A stretch of DNA of 64,000 nt, from NCBI GenBank assembly GCA_003221005.1, contig QHTZ01000081.1, positions 1-64,000 of the forward strand, given 5' to 3'. Below the pieces are notes generated by a model. It searched no databases and had not been told where the DNA came from. It worked only from the letters and a program-made list of their open reading frames with translations. The position numbers and the translations under genes were made by a program. Within the stretch, counting starts at the first letter, position 1, and each line of letters starts with the position of its first letter. Source of the DNA: Gemmatimonadota bacterium. Lineage in GTDB: Bacteria > Gemmatimonadota > Gemmatimonadetes > Gemmatimonadales > GWC2-71-9. Below, one piece after another: positions 11,033 to 20,032 of this stretch.

Positions 11033-11544
11033 TCCGCGTGGCCGTGGACGATCTCGCGTTCCTGGAGACCGACGCGATCGTCCGCCCCGCCACCGCCCGG
11101 CTCGACCCTACGACACCCGCCGTGCGCCGCCTCGAGCGTGCTGGGGGACCCGAATTCCTCGGCCAGCTCCAGCTCCAGAAGGATCTCGCGGTGGGCGCCG
11201 CCGTGGTGACCGGCGGGGGGGGCGACCTCCCTGCCGATTTCATCATCCACGCCGTGATCCAGAGTGATACCGAGCCGGTCACCCGTCAGACCGTCGCGCG
11301 CGCCTGGCAGTCGGCGCTCGAGCGGGCGCGCGAATGGGAGTTCGCGCGTCTCACGGTGCCGCCGCTCGGCACCGGAGCGGGCAACCTCTCGGTGGAGGAC
11401 GCGGCGGCCGTGATGGTGAGCGTGCTCAAGGCGCAGATCCGCAACGCTCCGTACCCGTCAGATGTGTGCATCGTGGTCGAGACCGCGGAGGATCGCGAGG
11501 CGTTCGAGGCGGCGCTACGCCGGGAGGAGGTCGCGGAGTCGTGA
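11029..11544 (+). CDS. Macro-domain protein with degenerate catalytic loops
   Basis: DDLAFLETDAIV, GAAVVTGGGGDLPADFIIHAV, PPLGTGAG. Confidence 0.8.
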   Translation: MIRVAVDDLAFLETDAIVRPATARLDPTTPAVRRLERAGGPEFLGQLQLQKDLAVGAAVVTGGGGDLPADFIIHAVIQSDTEPVTRQTVARAWQSALERAREWEFARLTVPPLGTGAGNLSVEDAAAVMVSVLKAQIRNAPYPSDVCIVVETAEDREAFEAALRREEVAES

Positions 11545-13076
11545 CGCGCCGCGGCTGGGCGGTGGTGATTCTCGCCGCATGGGCCGTGTCGCTCGGGTGG
11601 CTGGTAAAGCGCGAGTTCTTCCGGACCACGGGCGAGCGCCTCGCAGAAGCCGCCCTGGCGGTGCCCCCCGGCACGCAGTTCTATCGAGTCGACCTCGGCG
11701 CGCAGCAGGTTGGCTTCGCCTCGACGACCGTGGACACGCTCGGGACCACGCTGCGCGTCACCGATCTGCTGCTCCTCGACCTGCCCGCGCTGGGCCGCCT
11801 GCACCACACCCGCGTCCGCAGCGTCGCCGTGGTGAGCCGCGCCCTGCGCCTGGAGACCCTGCAAGCCGACTTCGAAGGAGACGCGGAGCGCTTCAGCGCG
11901 CGCGCGGTGGTGAGCGGAGATTCGGTGCTCACGCTGACGCTCGCGTCGGCTGGCGACTCCCAGACGACGCGTACCCGGATCACCCACCCGATCGTCGTCC
12001 CATCGCTGCTCCCGGTGCGGCTCGCCTTCGGCGGAGCGCTGAAGCCCGGGCGCACCTTCGCCCTGCGAGTGTTCGATCCCCTGGAGCTCGCCGAGCGCGA
12101 CGTGAGCGTGACGATCGCGGCGGAGTCCACGCTGGTCGTCTCCGATTCGGCCGGCTTCGACTCGACCGCGATGGCCTGGACCCCGGCCCGCCTCGACACG
12201 GTGCGGGCCTTCAGGCTCGAGCAGCGCATGGGGGGCCTCACGACGAGCGCCTGGATCGACGCGCAGGGCCGGGTCGTCCGCGCCACGGGACCGGTCGGCC
12301 TCACGCTGGAACGCTCGGCGTACGAGATCGCGTATCAGAACTTCCGGCGCCGCGACACCGCGCGGCTGCTCCGGGCCGGCGCGCCGCCGGGCGCGAACGA
12401 CGTCATTGCCCTCACGGCGATCACCGCCGGAGCGCCGCTCGCCGCCACGGGCCGGGACGAGCTGCGCGTGCGGCTCCGCGGCGTCGACCTCTCGGGGCTC
12501 GACCTCGCGGGCGGCCGCCAACGGCTCGTGGGAGACACGCTGATCGTGCGGCGCGAAGCACCGGCCGCCCTCACGACGGCGTACAAGCTCCCGGCGCGCG
12601 ACACGACGCTCGCGCGCTGGCTCGCGCCGGAGCCGCTGGTGCAGAGCGGCGCGCCGAGCATCCGCGCCCAGGCCCACGAGCTCCTCGGCGGTGAGCAGGA
12701 TCCCGCGGTCGCCGCTGCCCGGTTGACGCACTGGGTGGCCGCGCACATGCGTAAGGAAATCACCATGGGTATTCCCAGCGCGGTGCGCGTGCTGGCCCAG
12801 GGACGCGGGGACTGCAACGAGCTCACCGTGCTGTACGTCGCGCTCGCGCGGGCAGCCGGGCTCCCAGCGCGGCCGGTCGCCGGGCTCGTGGATTTGGGGG
12901 GGCGCTTTTACTATCACGCGTGGCCCGAGGTGTACCTCGGCGATTGGGTCGCCGTGGATCCCACGCTCGATCAGTTCCCTGCCGACGCCGGACACCTGCG
13001 CTTCGCCGCCGGCGGGCTGGCGCGACAGGTCGAGCTGATCCGCTTCGTCGGGCGATTGAAGCTCGAGGTGCTATGA
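11541..13076 (+). CDS. Transglutaminase-like domain protein, N-terminal membrane anchor
   Basis: GDCNE...HAWPEVY...W.AVDPT catalytic triad. Confidence 0.85.
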   Translation: MTRRGWAVVILAAWAVSLGWLVKREFFRTTGERLAEAALAVPPGTQFYRVDLGAQQVGFASTTVDTLGTTLRVTDLLLLDLPALGRLHHTRVRSVAVVSRALRLETLQADFEGDAERFSARAVVSGDSVLTLTLASAGDSQTTRTRITHPIVVPSLLPVRLAFGGALKPGRTFALRVFDPLELAERDVSVTIAAESTLVVSDSAGFDSTAMAWTPARLDTVRAFRLEQRMGGLTTSAWIDAQGRVVRATGPVGLTLERSAYEIAYQNFRRRDTARLLRAGAPPGANDVIALTAITAGAPLAATGRDELRVRLRGVDLSGLDLAGGRQRLVGDTLIVRREAPAALTTAYKLPARDTTLARWLAPEPLVQSGAPSIRAQAHELLGGEQDPAVAAARLTHWVAAHMRKEITMGIPSAVRVLAQGRGDCNELTVLYVALARAAGLPARPVAGLVDLGGRFYYHAWPEVYLGDWVAVDPTLDQFPADAGHLRFAAGGLARQVELIRFVGRLKLEVL

Positions 13077-13837
13077 TCCGGCTGGAAAATCTGACGAAGC
13101 TGTACGGCAGCTTCGTGGCGGTGGACGACATCACGCTCACCGTCGAGCGGGGTGAGCTGTTCGCATTTCTTGGGCCCAACGGCGCCGGCAAGACCACAAC
13201 CCTGCGGATGATCGCCGGCATCCTGCGACCGAACGGCGGCCGGGTCTTGATCGGGGACGACGACGTCCATCGCAACCCGCTCGCGGCGAAGCAGCGCTTG
13301 GGCTTCATCCCGGACCGCCCCTTCGTGTACGAGAAGCTGACCGGAGCCGAGTTCCTGCGCTTCGTGGCCGGGCTGTACGGCCAGGAGGGGGACGCGGTGG
13401 AGCGTCGCATCGCCGAGCTGCTGGAGGTGTTCGAGCTGATGAGCTGGCGGGACGAGCTGGTCGAGGCGTACAGCCACGGCATGCGGCAGAAGCTCATCAT
13501 CTCGAGCGCGCTCATTCACCGGCCCGCGTGCATCGTCGTGGACGAGCCGATGGTGGGGCTTGACCCGAAGGCGGCGCGGCTGCTCAAGGACATCTTCCGG
13601 CAGTTCGTCGGGCGGGGCGGAACCGTCCTGATGAGCACGCACACGTTGGAGGTGGCCGAGGTGATGTGCGACCGGATCGCCATCATCCAGCACGGCAAGA
13701 TCGCCGCCTGTGGCACGATGGACGAGCTGCGCCGGCAAACCGCAGCCGGCAACGTCAGCCTCGAAGAGCTGTTCCTCCGGCTCACCGGCGGCGTGCAGGC
13801 GCGCGAGCTCGCCGAGGTGCTGGGCGAGACCAGCTGA
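13073..13837 (+). CDS. ABC transporter ATP-binding protein
   Basis: GPNGAGKTT, YSHGMRQK, IVVDEP, H-loop STH. Confidence 0.95.
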   Translation: MIRLENLTKLYGSFVAVDDITLTVERGELFAFLGPNGAGKTTTLRMIAGILRPNGGRVLIGDDDVHRNPLAAKQRLGFIPDRPFVYEKLTGAEFLRFVAGLYGQEGDAVERRIAELLEVFELMSWRDELVEAYSHGMRQKLIISSALIHRPACIVVDEPMVGLDPKAARLLKDIFRQFVGRGGTVLMSTHTLEVAEVMCDRIAIIQHGKIAACGTMDELRRQTAAGNVSLEELFLRLTGGVQARELAEVLGETS

Positions 13838-15522
13838 TGCAGCCGACGCTGTGGCTCGTGATCGAGCCCAAGTGGCGGACCGCCCTCCAGCGGATCCGTG
13901 AGGAGCGCGCGCGCGGGCTGGGGAGGCCGCTGGCGCTGGCCCTGGTCGCGGCGACGTTCTGGCTCGGGGCCTACGGGATCCTCTACCGCATCCTCAAGTA
14001 CTTCCGCGGCGTCGAGGAGCTGGGCCCCCTCCTCGCCGGCAAGCTGCTGGGCCTCGTGCTGCTGTCGTTCATCTCGATTCTCGTCTTGTCGAATGTCGTC
14101 ACGGCCCTGTCGAGCTTCTTCCTCGCCCGGGACCTGGACCTGCTAGTCTCGGCGCCGGTGGACTGGCTGCGGCTGTACCTCTCCAAGCTGGGCGAGACGC
14201 TGCTGCACTCCTCCTGGATGGTCGCGCTGACCGCGGTCCCGATCCTCACGGCGTACGGGGTGATCTACCACGGCGGCTGGGTGTTCGCGCCCTACGCGGT
14301 GCTGACGATGTTCCCGCTGCTGCTCCTCCCCGCGGTCGTGGGGACCGCGATCACGCTCGTCCTGGTGAACATTTTCCCCGCGCGGCGCACGCGCGATCTG
14401 CTCTCCATCATCGCGCTGGGCGCGGCCGGTGGCGTGGTCCTGTTGTTCCGCCTGATCCGGCCCGAGCGCCTGGCGCGCCCCGAGGGCTTCCGCAACCTGC
14501 TCGACTTCATCACGGTCCTGCGCACGCCGACGTCACCCTTTCTTCCGAGCGAGTGGGCGACGCAGGCGATCATGAGCGACCTGCGCGGCGCCTTCGACCC
14601 CCTGCCGCTCGCGCTATTGTGGACCACCGCCGCCGCCTTCGTGACTGTAGGCGCGCTGCTGCATCGCGCGCTGTTCGCGCCGGGCTACACGAAGGCGCAG
14701 GAGGGGGCCGAGCGGTTCGTACGGGGTGGGTTCTGGCGTTGGACGGTGGGCGCGCTGCTCGGGCCGCTGCCCGTCGCGAAACGGGAATTCGTGTTGAAGG
14801 ACATCAAGCTGTTCTTCCGAGACACGACCCAGTGGAGCCAGCTGATTTTGCTCGGCGTGCTCGTCGTCGTGTACCTATTCAATATCAAAGCGCTGCCGCT
14901 GCATCGCGGCGAGGATGTCGGGTTCTTTTACGTCACCCTGGTCTCGTTCCTGAACCTCGGGCTGGCCGGCTTCGTGCTCGCGTCGATCGCGGCGCGGTTC
15001 ATTTTCCCGGCGGTCTCGCTCGAGGGGCGCCACATGTGGCTGCTGCGCTCGAGTCCCCTCGATCTCCGGACCTTGCTCTGGTCGAAGTACTGGATCGGGA
15101 CCCTCCCCCTCTTGATCCTGGCGCTGTTGCTCACCGGATCCACCAACGTGCTGCTCGAGGTGCGGCCGTTCATGATGGTCGTCGGGCTCGTCACGATCTG
15201 CGCCCTCACGTTCGCGATCTCGGCCATGGCGCTGGGCTTCGGCGCGCTGTATCCCCAGTTCGAGACGGAGAACGCCGCGCAGATTCCCACGTCGTTCGGC
15301 GGGCTCGTCTTCATGATGGCCACGATCACGCTGCTCGGCGCCGTGATCGTTGCGCTGTGGCAGGCGGTGTACGCATACGTCCGGGCCGTGTACGTGCATC
15401 AGCCGGTGGTGGTGGACTCAGGGATGATCTTCTGGTTCGCCATCGCCGCGGGCATCTGCGCGGCGGCGACCGCCATCCCGCTGTGGGTAGGCCTGCGGAA
15501 GATGGAGAGCTTTGAGTTCTAG
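13837..15522 (+). CDS. Large ABC-2 type permease
   Basis: About 14 TM helices; DLDLLVSAPV, KDIKLFFRD, SLEGRHMWLLRSSP motifs. Confidence 0.85.
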   Translation: MQPTLWLVIEPKWRTALQRIREERARGLGRPLALALVAATFWLGAYGILYRILKYFRGVEELGPLLAGKLLGLVLLSFISILVLSNVVTALSSFFLARDLDLLVSAPVDWLRLYLSKLGETLLHSSWMVALTAVPILTAYGVIYHGGWVFAPYAVLTMFPLLLLPAVVGTAITLVLVNIFPARRTRDLLSIIALGAAGGVVLLFRLIRPERLARPEGFRNLLDFITVLRTPTSPFLPSEWATQAIMSDLRGAFDPLPLALLWTTAAAFVTVGALLHRALFAPGYTKAQEGAERFVRGGFWRWTVGALLGPLPVAKREFVLKDIKLFFRDTTQWSQLILLGVLVVVYLFNIKALPLHRGEDVGFFYVTLVSFLNLGLAGFVLASIAARFIFPAVSLEGRHMWLLRSSPLDLRTLLWSKYWIGTLPLLILALLLTGSTNVLLEVRPFMMVVGLVTICALTFAISAMALGFGALYPQFETENAAQIPTSFGGLVFMMATITLLGAVIVALWQAVYAYVRAVYVHQPVVVDSGMIFWFAIAAGICAAATAIPLWVGLRKMESFEF

Positions 15523-15907
15523 TGGAGCCTGAAGCTCAGGCCTCCGACGAGCTGGAAAGAGCTGCCGCTCCCGAGAATCTCCCGCGCTTCCGCGTACGGA
15601 CGGATCGGACCGCGGGGTCCCTCCAAGCCAATGAGCAGGTTGAGGTGCGCCTTGGTGTCGCTCGTTCCCGCGACGCTCACATGAGTCAGATTCAAGCCAG
15701 CGCCGGCGTACCAATACCGGTACCGGGACGGCGGGCGGGCACGGCGTTGCTCACGTCGAAGTTGTAGCCCACGTGGCCGCCGATCTCGGGACCCGCCGAC
15801 ACCACCGCCCGCCCGCCCCGCATGCGACGGCGCTGCGCCTGCGCCGGCGCGGCGATGACCGCGACCGCGACGAGCGCGAACACGATCCGCAGTCCGAGTC
15901 CTCTCAC
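15519..15907 (-). pseudogene. Outer-membrane beta-barrel protein with internal deletion/frameshift near 15740
   Basis: Signal peptide plus GPEIGGHVGYNFDVSNAV in one frame; YWYAGAGLNL...PYAEAREILG...FQLVGGLSFRLH* in another. Confidence 0.65.
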
Positions 15908-16004
15908 ACGTCGCTCCCGGAGTAGAGGTGGCACACTCATAGGAAAAGCCGCGGGGAAACGCAAGAGGAACAGACGGACAGAGGCGGACCGAGACGGACC
16001 GTTC

Positions 16005-16532
16005 TCAGGCCGCGACGCGGGCACCGCAGGCGTGGCAGTAGCGCGCTTCCACTTCGAGTGCCGAGCCGCAGCGGGCGCAGTAGCCGAGCGCTGCGGCCAA
16101 GCGGCGACCGCATTCCGAACAGAAGACCGCGTCGGATTCGGGGCGCGGGCCGTGGGTGGGACAGGCGGGATGCGAGATGCGAGATGCGAGATGCGGAGCT
16201 CCGCTGCGCGCAACCGTAGACGCATCCCGCATCTCGCCTCCCGCATCCCGCGTCTCGGCCCGCAGCGCCGCGAGCGCCTCCGCCGTGTACTTGCGGTGCA
16301 GCCCGTCGTAATCCGCGTCGGAGAGCTTACCGGTGGCGCGATCGAACTCGATCTCCCGGAGCGCGCGCAGGGCGACGGCGCGTGGGCTCAGATCGTCGTC
16401 CGGATCCTCGCCGTCCTCAACCCGTCCCGCGTCCCCCGTCCCCCGTCCCTCGACCGCCGGCCGGAATATCGGCTGCAGGACGAACCACACCGCCGCGGCG
16501 GCGAGCAGCACGCCGATGACGAGCTCGATCAC
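16005..16532 (-). CDS. CcmI-like N-terminus plus double zinc-ribbon protein (cytochrome c biogenesis cluster)
   Basis: TM helix, ALRALREIEFDRATGKLSDADY, C-terminal CxxH/CxxC pairs. Confidence 0.78.
   Translation of the reverse strand: MIELVIGVLLAAAAVWFVLQPIFRPAVEGRGTGDAGRVEDGEDPDDDLSPRAVALRALREIEFDRATGKLSDADYDGLHRKYTAEALAALRAETRDAGGEMRDASTVARSGAPHLASRISHPACPTHGPRPESDAVFCSECGRRLAAALGYCARCGSALEVEARYCHACGARVAA
16168..16255. repeat. Inverted 7-mer tandem-repeat pair (AGATGCG)n / (CGCATCY)n, in frame inside CDS
   Basis: GGATGCG AGATGCG x3 ... CGCATCC CGCATCT CGCCTCC CGCATCC CGCGTCT. Confidence 0.85.
16421..16452. repeat. Solo 7-mer arm (CCCGTCC)n inside CDS
   Basis: CCCGTCC CGCGTCC CCCGTCC CCCGTCC CTCG. 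Confidence 0.7.
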
Positions 16533-16539
16533 GGCACCG

Positions 16540-17124
16540 CTACTCTTGGAACTGCTCGAGCTCGTGCCGCAGCCGCTCGAGCTCCGCGGGCGACGCGTCG
16601 GGCGGGGGGGGCGGCGCCGGGATAGGCGCCGGCGCGCCGCGGGTCCAGCGGCGCAGCGCCAGCACCAGGAGCACTCCAGCGACGAGGATGACGAGCGAGG
16701 GCGTGAAGTAGCCCGCCAGGTTGAAGCCGCGCTTGGGCGGCGCCATCAGGATCGCGACGCCGCTCTCGCGCACGAATGCATCCAGGATCTCCTGCGCGCT
16801 CTTGCCCTGCTGCGCCAGCGTGACCACGTGCTGGTGCATCGCCGGGCTCGTCGTGCAGGTGAAGTCGGTCGTCCGGCAGGTGTAGACGTCCAGGCCGCAA
16901 CCGCAGGTGCAGTGGAGGCGTTTCTCGATCGCCTGAATCGCAGCGTCGTTATCGGCGGCTACGACGGGCTCGAGCGGGCGGCCGGCGCGAGACGGATCCC
17001 ACAGGCGGCCGGAGGGGCCGGAGCCGGGGAGGGAATCGACGGACTGTCGGACTGTCGGACTGAGGGACAGGACAGATGAAACCATGAGCCCGAAGAACTC
17101 GCGGCGCTTGCAGTCCGACGTCAC
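16540..17124 (-). CDS. ccmH: Cytochrome c biogenesis protein CcmH/CycL
   Basis: RLHCTCGC...C, GKSAQEILDAFV..G..ILMAPP..GFN, C-terminal TM; follows ccmF. Confidence 0.8.
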   Translation of the reverse strand: MTSDCKRREFFGLMVSSVLSLSPTVRQSVDSLPGSGPSGRLWDPSRAGRPLEPVVAADNDAAIQAIEKRLHCTCGCGLDVYTCRTTDFTCTTSPAMHQHVVTLAQQGKSAQEILDAFVRESGVAILMAPPKRGFNLAGYFTPSLVILVAGVLLVLALRRWTRGAPAPIPAPPPPPDASPAELERLRHELEQFQE

Positions 17125-19145
17125 TTCTCTTCCCCCACCAAGCGTACCGCATATCCAGCCTGCGCGCGCTTGACCGCGGGCGAGCCTCCCCCCGGCCACA
17201 TCACGATCAGGCCGCCCAGCACCACGATCATCCCGCCGTACCACACCCACCACACCAGCGGATTGATCGTGAACCGGAACACCGCTTGCTCGGTGCCGCC
17301 CACGACGCCGCCGAGCACGACGTACAGGTCTTCCAGGGGATCGCTGCGGATGCCGACCTCGGTGGACGGCTGGAAGGTCGGGCGACCGAGCGCGTCCACG
17401 TGCTGGCGCTTTTCGGTGGTGAGCAGGCCGAGGCGCTTGCCGTCGCGCCGCACGTCGATCGTCGCCGCGGTGACCAGCCGGTTCAGCTGGTCGTACTGCG
17501 AGATCCCGAGGTGCGTGAAGGAATACGTCCATCCGTAGGGACTGCGCACCGTCGCCGACTCTCCCGGCTTGAGCGTCGCCTCGGTCTCGGTCTTGAAGGC
17601 CATCCCGGCGAACGCAATGAAGAGCACGACGATGCCCGTGTGGACGACGTAGCCGCCGTAGCGCCGCCGGTTCCGCGCCACGAGGTGCGCGAGGGCGAGG
17701 GGCGCGGGCTCTCGGTACTGACGGCGCCGCGCCCGGGTGCCGCGCGCGAACTCCTGGATCACGGTGGCGAGCACGAAGCCGCCGATCGCGATCGCAAGGA
17801 GCGCGTAGAAATCCCGCATCCTCAGGAGCAGCAGCACCAGCCCCGTGAACACGCCCGCTGTCACCGGCACCGCGAACTGGCGCTGCAGGTTCGGGAGCGA
17901 CGCTCGCCGCCAGGCAATGAGCGGGCCGATCCCCGTGAGGGCGAGCAGGGCGAGGCCGAGCGGGATGTTCACCTGGTTGAAGAACGGTGGCCCCACCGTG
18001 ACTTTGGTGCCCTGAATGGCCTCGGAGAGGATCGGGAAGAGCGTGCCCCACAGCACCGAAAACGCGATACCGACGAGGAGCAAGTTGTTAAAGAGGAATC
18101 CCGCCTCTCGGCTCACCATCGACTCGAGCCGCGCCTCGGCCGTGAGGAGCGGCAGCCGCCGCGTGTACAGCGTGAAGCTCGTGACCGCGGCGAACAGCAG
18201 GAAGAAAGCGAAGTAATAGCCGACCGGCGATTCGGTGAAGGAGTGCACGCTCGAGATCACCCCCGAGCGCGTGATGAAGGTCCCCATGATCGACAGCAGC
18301 CACGAGCCGATCACCAGCGCGAGGTTCCACTTCTTCAGCATCCCCCGCTTCTCCTGGATCATGACCGAGTGTAAGAACGCGGTCATGGTCAGCCACGGCA
18401 GCAGCGCCGCGTTCTCGACCGGGTCCCACGCCCAGTAGCCGCCCCACCCGAGCTCGACATACGCCCACCACATGCCGAGGACGAGGCCGATCGAGAGGAA
18501 CAACCAGGAGACGAGCGTCCACTTCCGGATCGCGATCAGCCAGTCGGAGTCGAGCTGCTTCGAAGCCAGCGCCGCAATCGCGAACGCGAACGGGATGGTC
18601 ATCGAGATGTAGCCCAGGTACAGCATCGGCGGGTGGAACACCATGCCGGGGTTCTGGAGCTGCGGGTTGAGCCCGCTGCCGTCGGCCGGAGTGTACGGCA
18701 GCCGTCCGAACGGGTTCGCCGCGAAGAGCATCACGGTGACGAAGAACGCCGCCACCGTGCACACGACGCCGGCGACGAAGGGGAGGTACACGCGGTGCCG
18801 CCGCGCGGTGAAGAGCTGCGCCAGCGATCCGAAGAGCGAGAGCACGGTCGCCCAAAAAAGCAGGCTTCCCTTTTGACCAGCGTACAGCGCCGACCAGGTA
18901 TAGAAGATCGGGAGGTTGCGGCTGGTGTACGCCGCGACGTACTCGACGTTGAAATCGTGATGGAACAGCGCCCACTCGAGGGTGAACACCGCGAGGACGA
19001 GCGCGCCGCACATCGCGAACACCGCGTTGCGCGCGCTGCGCTCGAGGTCGGGCCGGGCATACAGGCCACCAACGAACCCCGTGATCGCCCCCCACACGCC
19101 GAGCAGCAGGGCGACCCACAACGCCAGATTGCCGAGCAGCGTCAT
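17121..19145 (-). CDS. ccmF: Heme lyase CcmF
   Basis: GLNPQLQNPGMVFHPP, WAYVELGWGGYWAWDPVEN (WWD domain), TRSG..SVHSF. Confidence 0.97.
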   Translation of the reverse strand: MTLLGNLALWVALLLGVWGAITGFVGGLYARPDLERSARNAVFAMCGALVLAVFTLEWALFHHDFNVEYVAAYTSRNLPIFYTWSALYAGQKGSLLFWATVLSLFGSLAQLFTARRHRVYLPFVAGVVCTVAAFFVTVMLFAANPFGRLPYTPADGSGLNPQLQNPGMVFHPPMLYLGYISMTIPFAFAIAALASKQLDSDWLIAIRKWTLVSWLFLSIGLVLGMWWAYVELGWGGYWAWDPVENAALLPWLTMTAFLHSVMIQEKRGMLKKWNLALVIGSWLLSIMGTFITRSGVISSVHSFTESPVGYYFAFFLLFAAVTSFTLYTRRLPLLTAEARLESMVSREAGFLFNNLLLVGIAFSVLWGTLFPILSEAIQGTKVTVGPPFFNQVNIPLGLALLALTGIGPLIAWRRASLPNLQRQFAVPVTAGVFTGLVLLLLRMRDFYALLAIAIGGFVLATVIQEFARGTRARRRQYREPAPLALAHLVARNRRRYGGYVVHTGIVVLFIAFAGMAFKTETEATLKPGESATVRSPYGWTYSFTHLGISQYDQLNRLVTAATIDVRRDGKRLGLLTTEKRQHVDALGRPTFQPSTEVGIRSDPLEDLYVVLGGVVGGTEQAVFRFTINPLVWWVWYGGMIVVLGGLIVMWPGGGSPAVKRAQAGYAVRLVGEEK

Positions 19146-19556
19146 CTAGGCCTTGGGCACCGCTTCATAGCGGGAGCCACACTTGGCGAGGACGTTGGTC
19201 GCGTAGATCACGCCGTCCTGCTTCAGCCGTCCCTCCACGACGACCTCCACCGAGTCGTTGAAGGTGTCGGGAGGAAGACCGTGGAAGGTGACGGGGTAGG
19301 TGGCGCTCCCGTCGGAGATCCGGAAGCTCAGCGTCTGCGTCGCGACGTCCTTCGCCACGGTCCCACGGACCACGTGGGCGCCGACCTTCATGCCGACGTT
19401 GTAGAACGACGGGTCCACGGCGACCTTGCGCGACAGCTCGCTCGGCGTGAGGAAGTACTGCCCCGTCTGCTTGATGCCCGAGGCCATGAGATAACCGACC
19501 GATCCGACGATCAGCACGGCGCCGACCGCGAACTTCGCTCCAGCGTTCATTTTCAT
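19146..19556 (-). CDS. ccmE: Heme chaperone CcmE (CxxxY variant)
   Basis: N-terminal TM, PDTF, VVVEG, VLAKCGSRYE. Confidence 0.9.
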   Translation of the reverse strand: MKMNAGAKFAVGAVLIVGSVGYLMASGIKQTGQYFLTPSELSRKVAVDPSFYNVGMKVGAHVVRGTVAKDVATQTLSFRISDGSATYPVTFHGLPPDTFNDSVEVVVEGRLKQDGVIYATNVLAKCGSRYEAVPKA

Positions 19557-19564
19557 GGTCCTAA

Positions 19565-20032
19565 TTATACCGTCTGTCCCGCCACCTGCTCCATCGCCCA
19601 GGCGACCGCCTGGGCGGGCGTCGTGACCCGGGGAATGTCCACCGCTGACACGAACGCGTCGTGCAGCCCCACCACCGGGGTGCCGATGCGCAGCGCCAGC
19701 GCGATCTCCGATAGCGTGCCCCACCCCCCGCCGATCGCGATGACGGCGCCCGCCGCGCGCACCAGGAGCGCGTTGCGCATCTCACCCATTCCCGTGGCGA
19801 GCGCGATGTCGATGTGCGGATTCGCGTCCCTCGGGTCGCTGCCCGCCAGGATGCCGATCGTCACACCGCCGGCTTGCTTCGCGCCGCGAGCGGACGCCTC
19901 CATCACCCCACCGTAGCCCCCGCATACTAGCACCGCTCCCCGCTCCGCGAGCAGCCGCCCCACGGCCACGGCCCATTCCGCTTCTTCGGTGCTGCACGAG
20001 CTCCCGCCGACGACGGCGATCAATGGCTTCAC
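19565..20032 (-). CDS. TIGR00725 / LOG-family Rossmann-fold protein
   Basis: CGGYGGVMEA, TGMGEMRN, GGGWGTLSEIA. Confidence 0.88.
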   Translation of the reverse strand: MKPLIAVVGGSSCSTEEAEWAVAVGRLLAERGAVLVCGGYGGVMEASARGAKQAGGVTIGILAGSDPRDANPHIDIALATGMGEMRNALLVRAAGAVIAIGGGWGTLSEIALALRIGTPVVGLHDAFVSAVDIPRVTTPAQAVAWAMEQVAGQTV

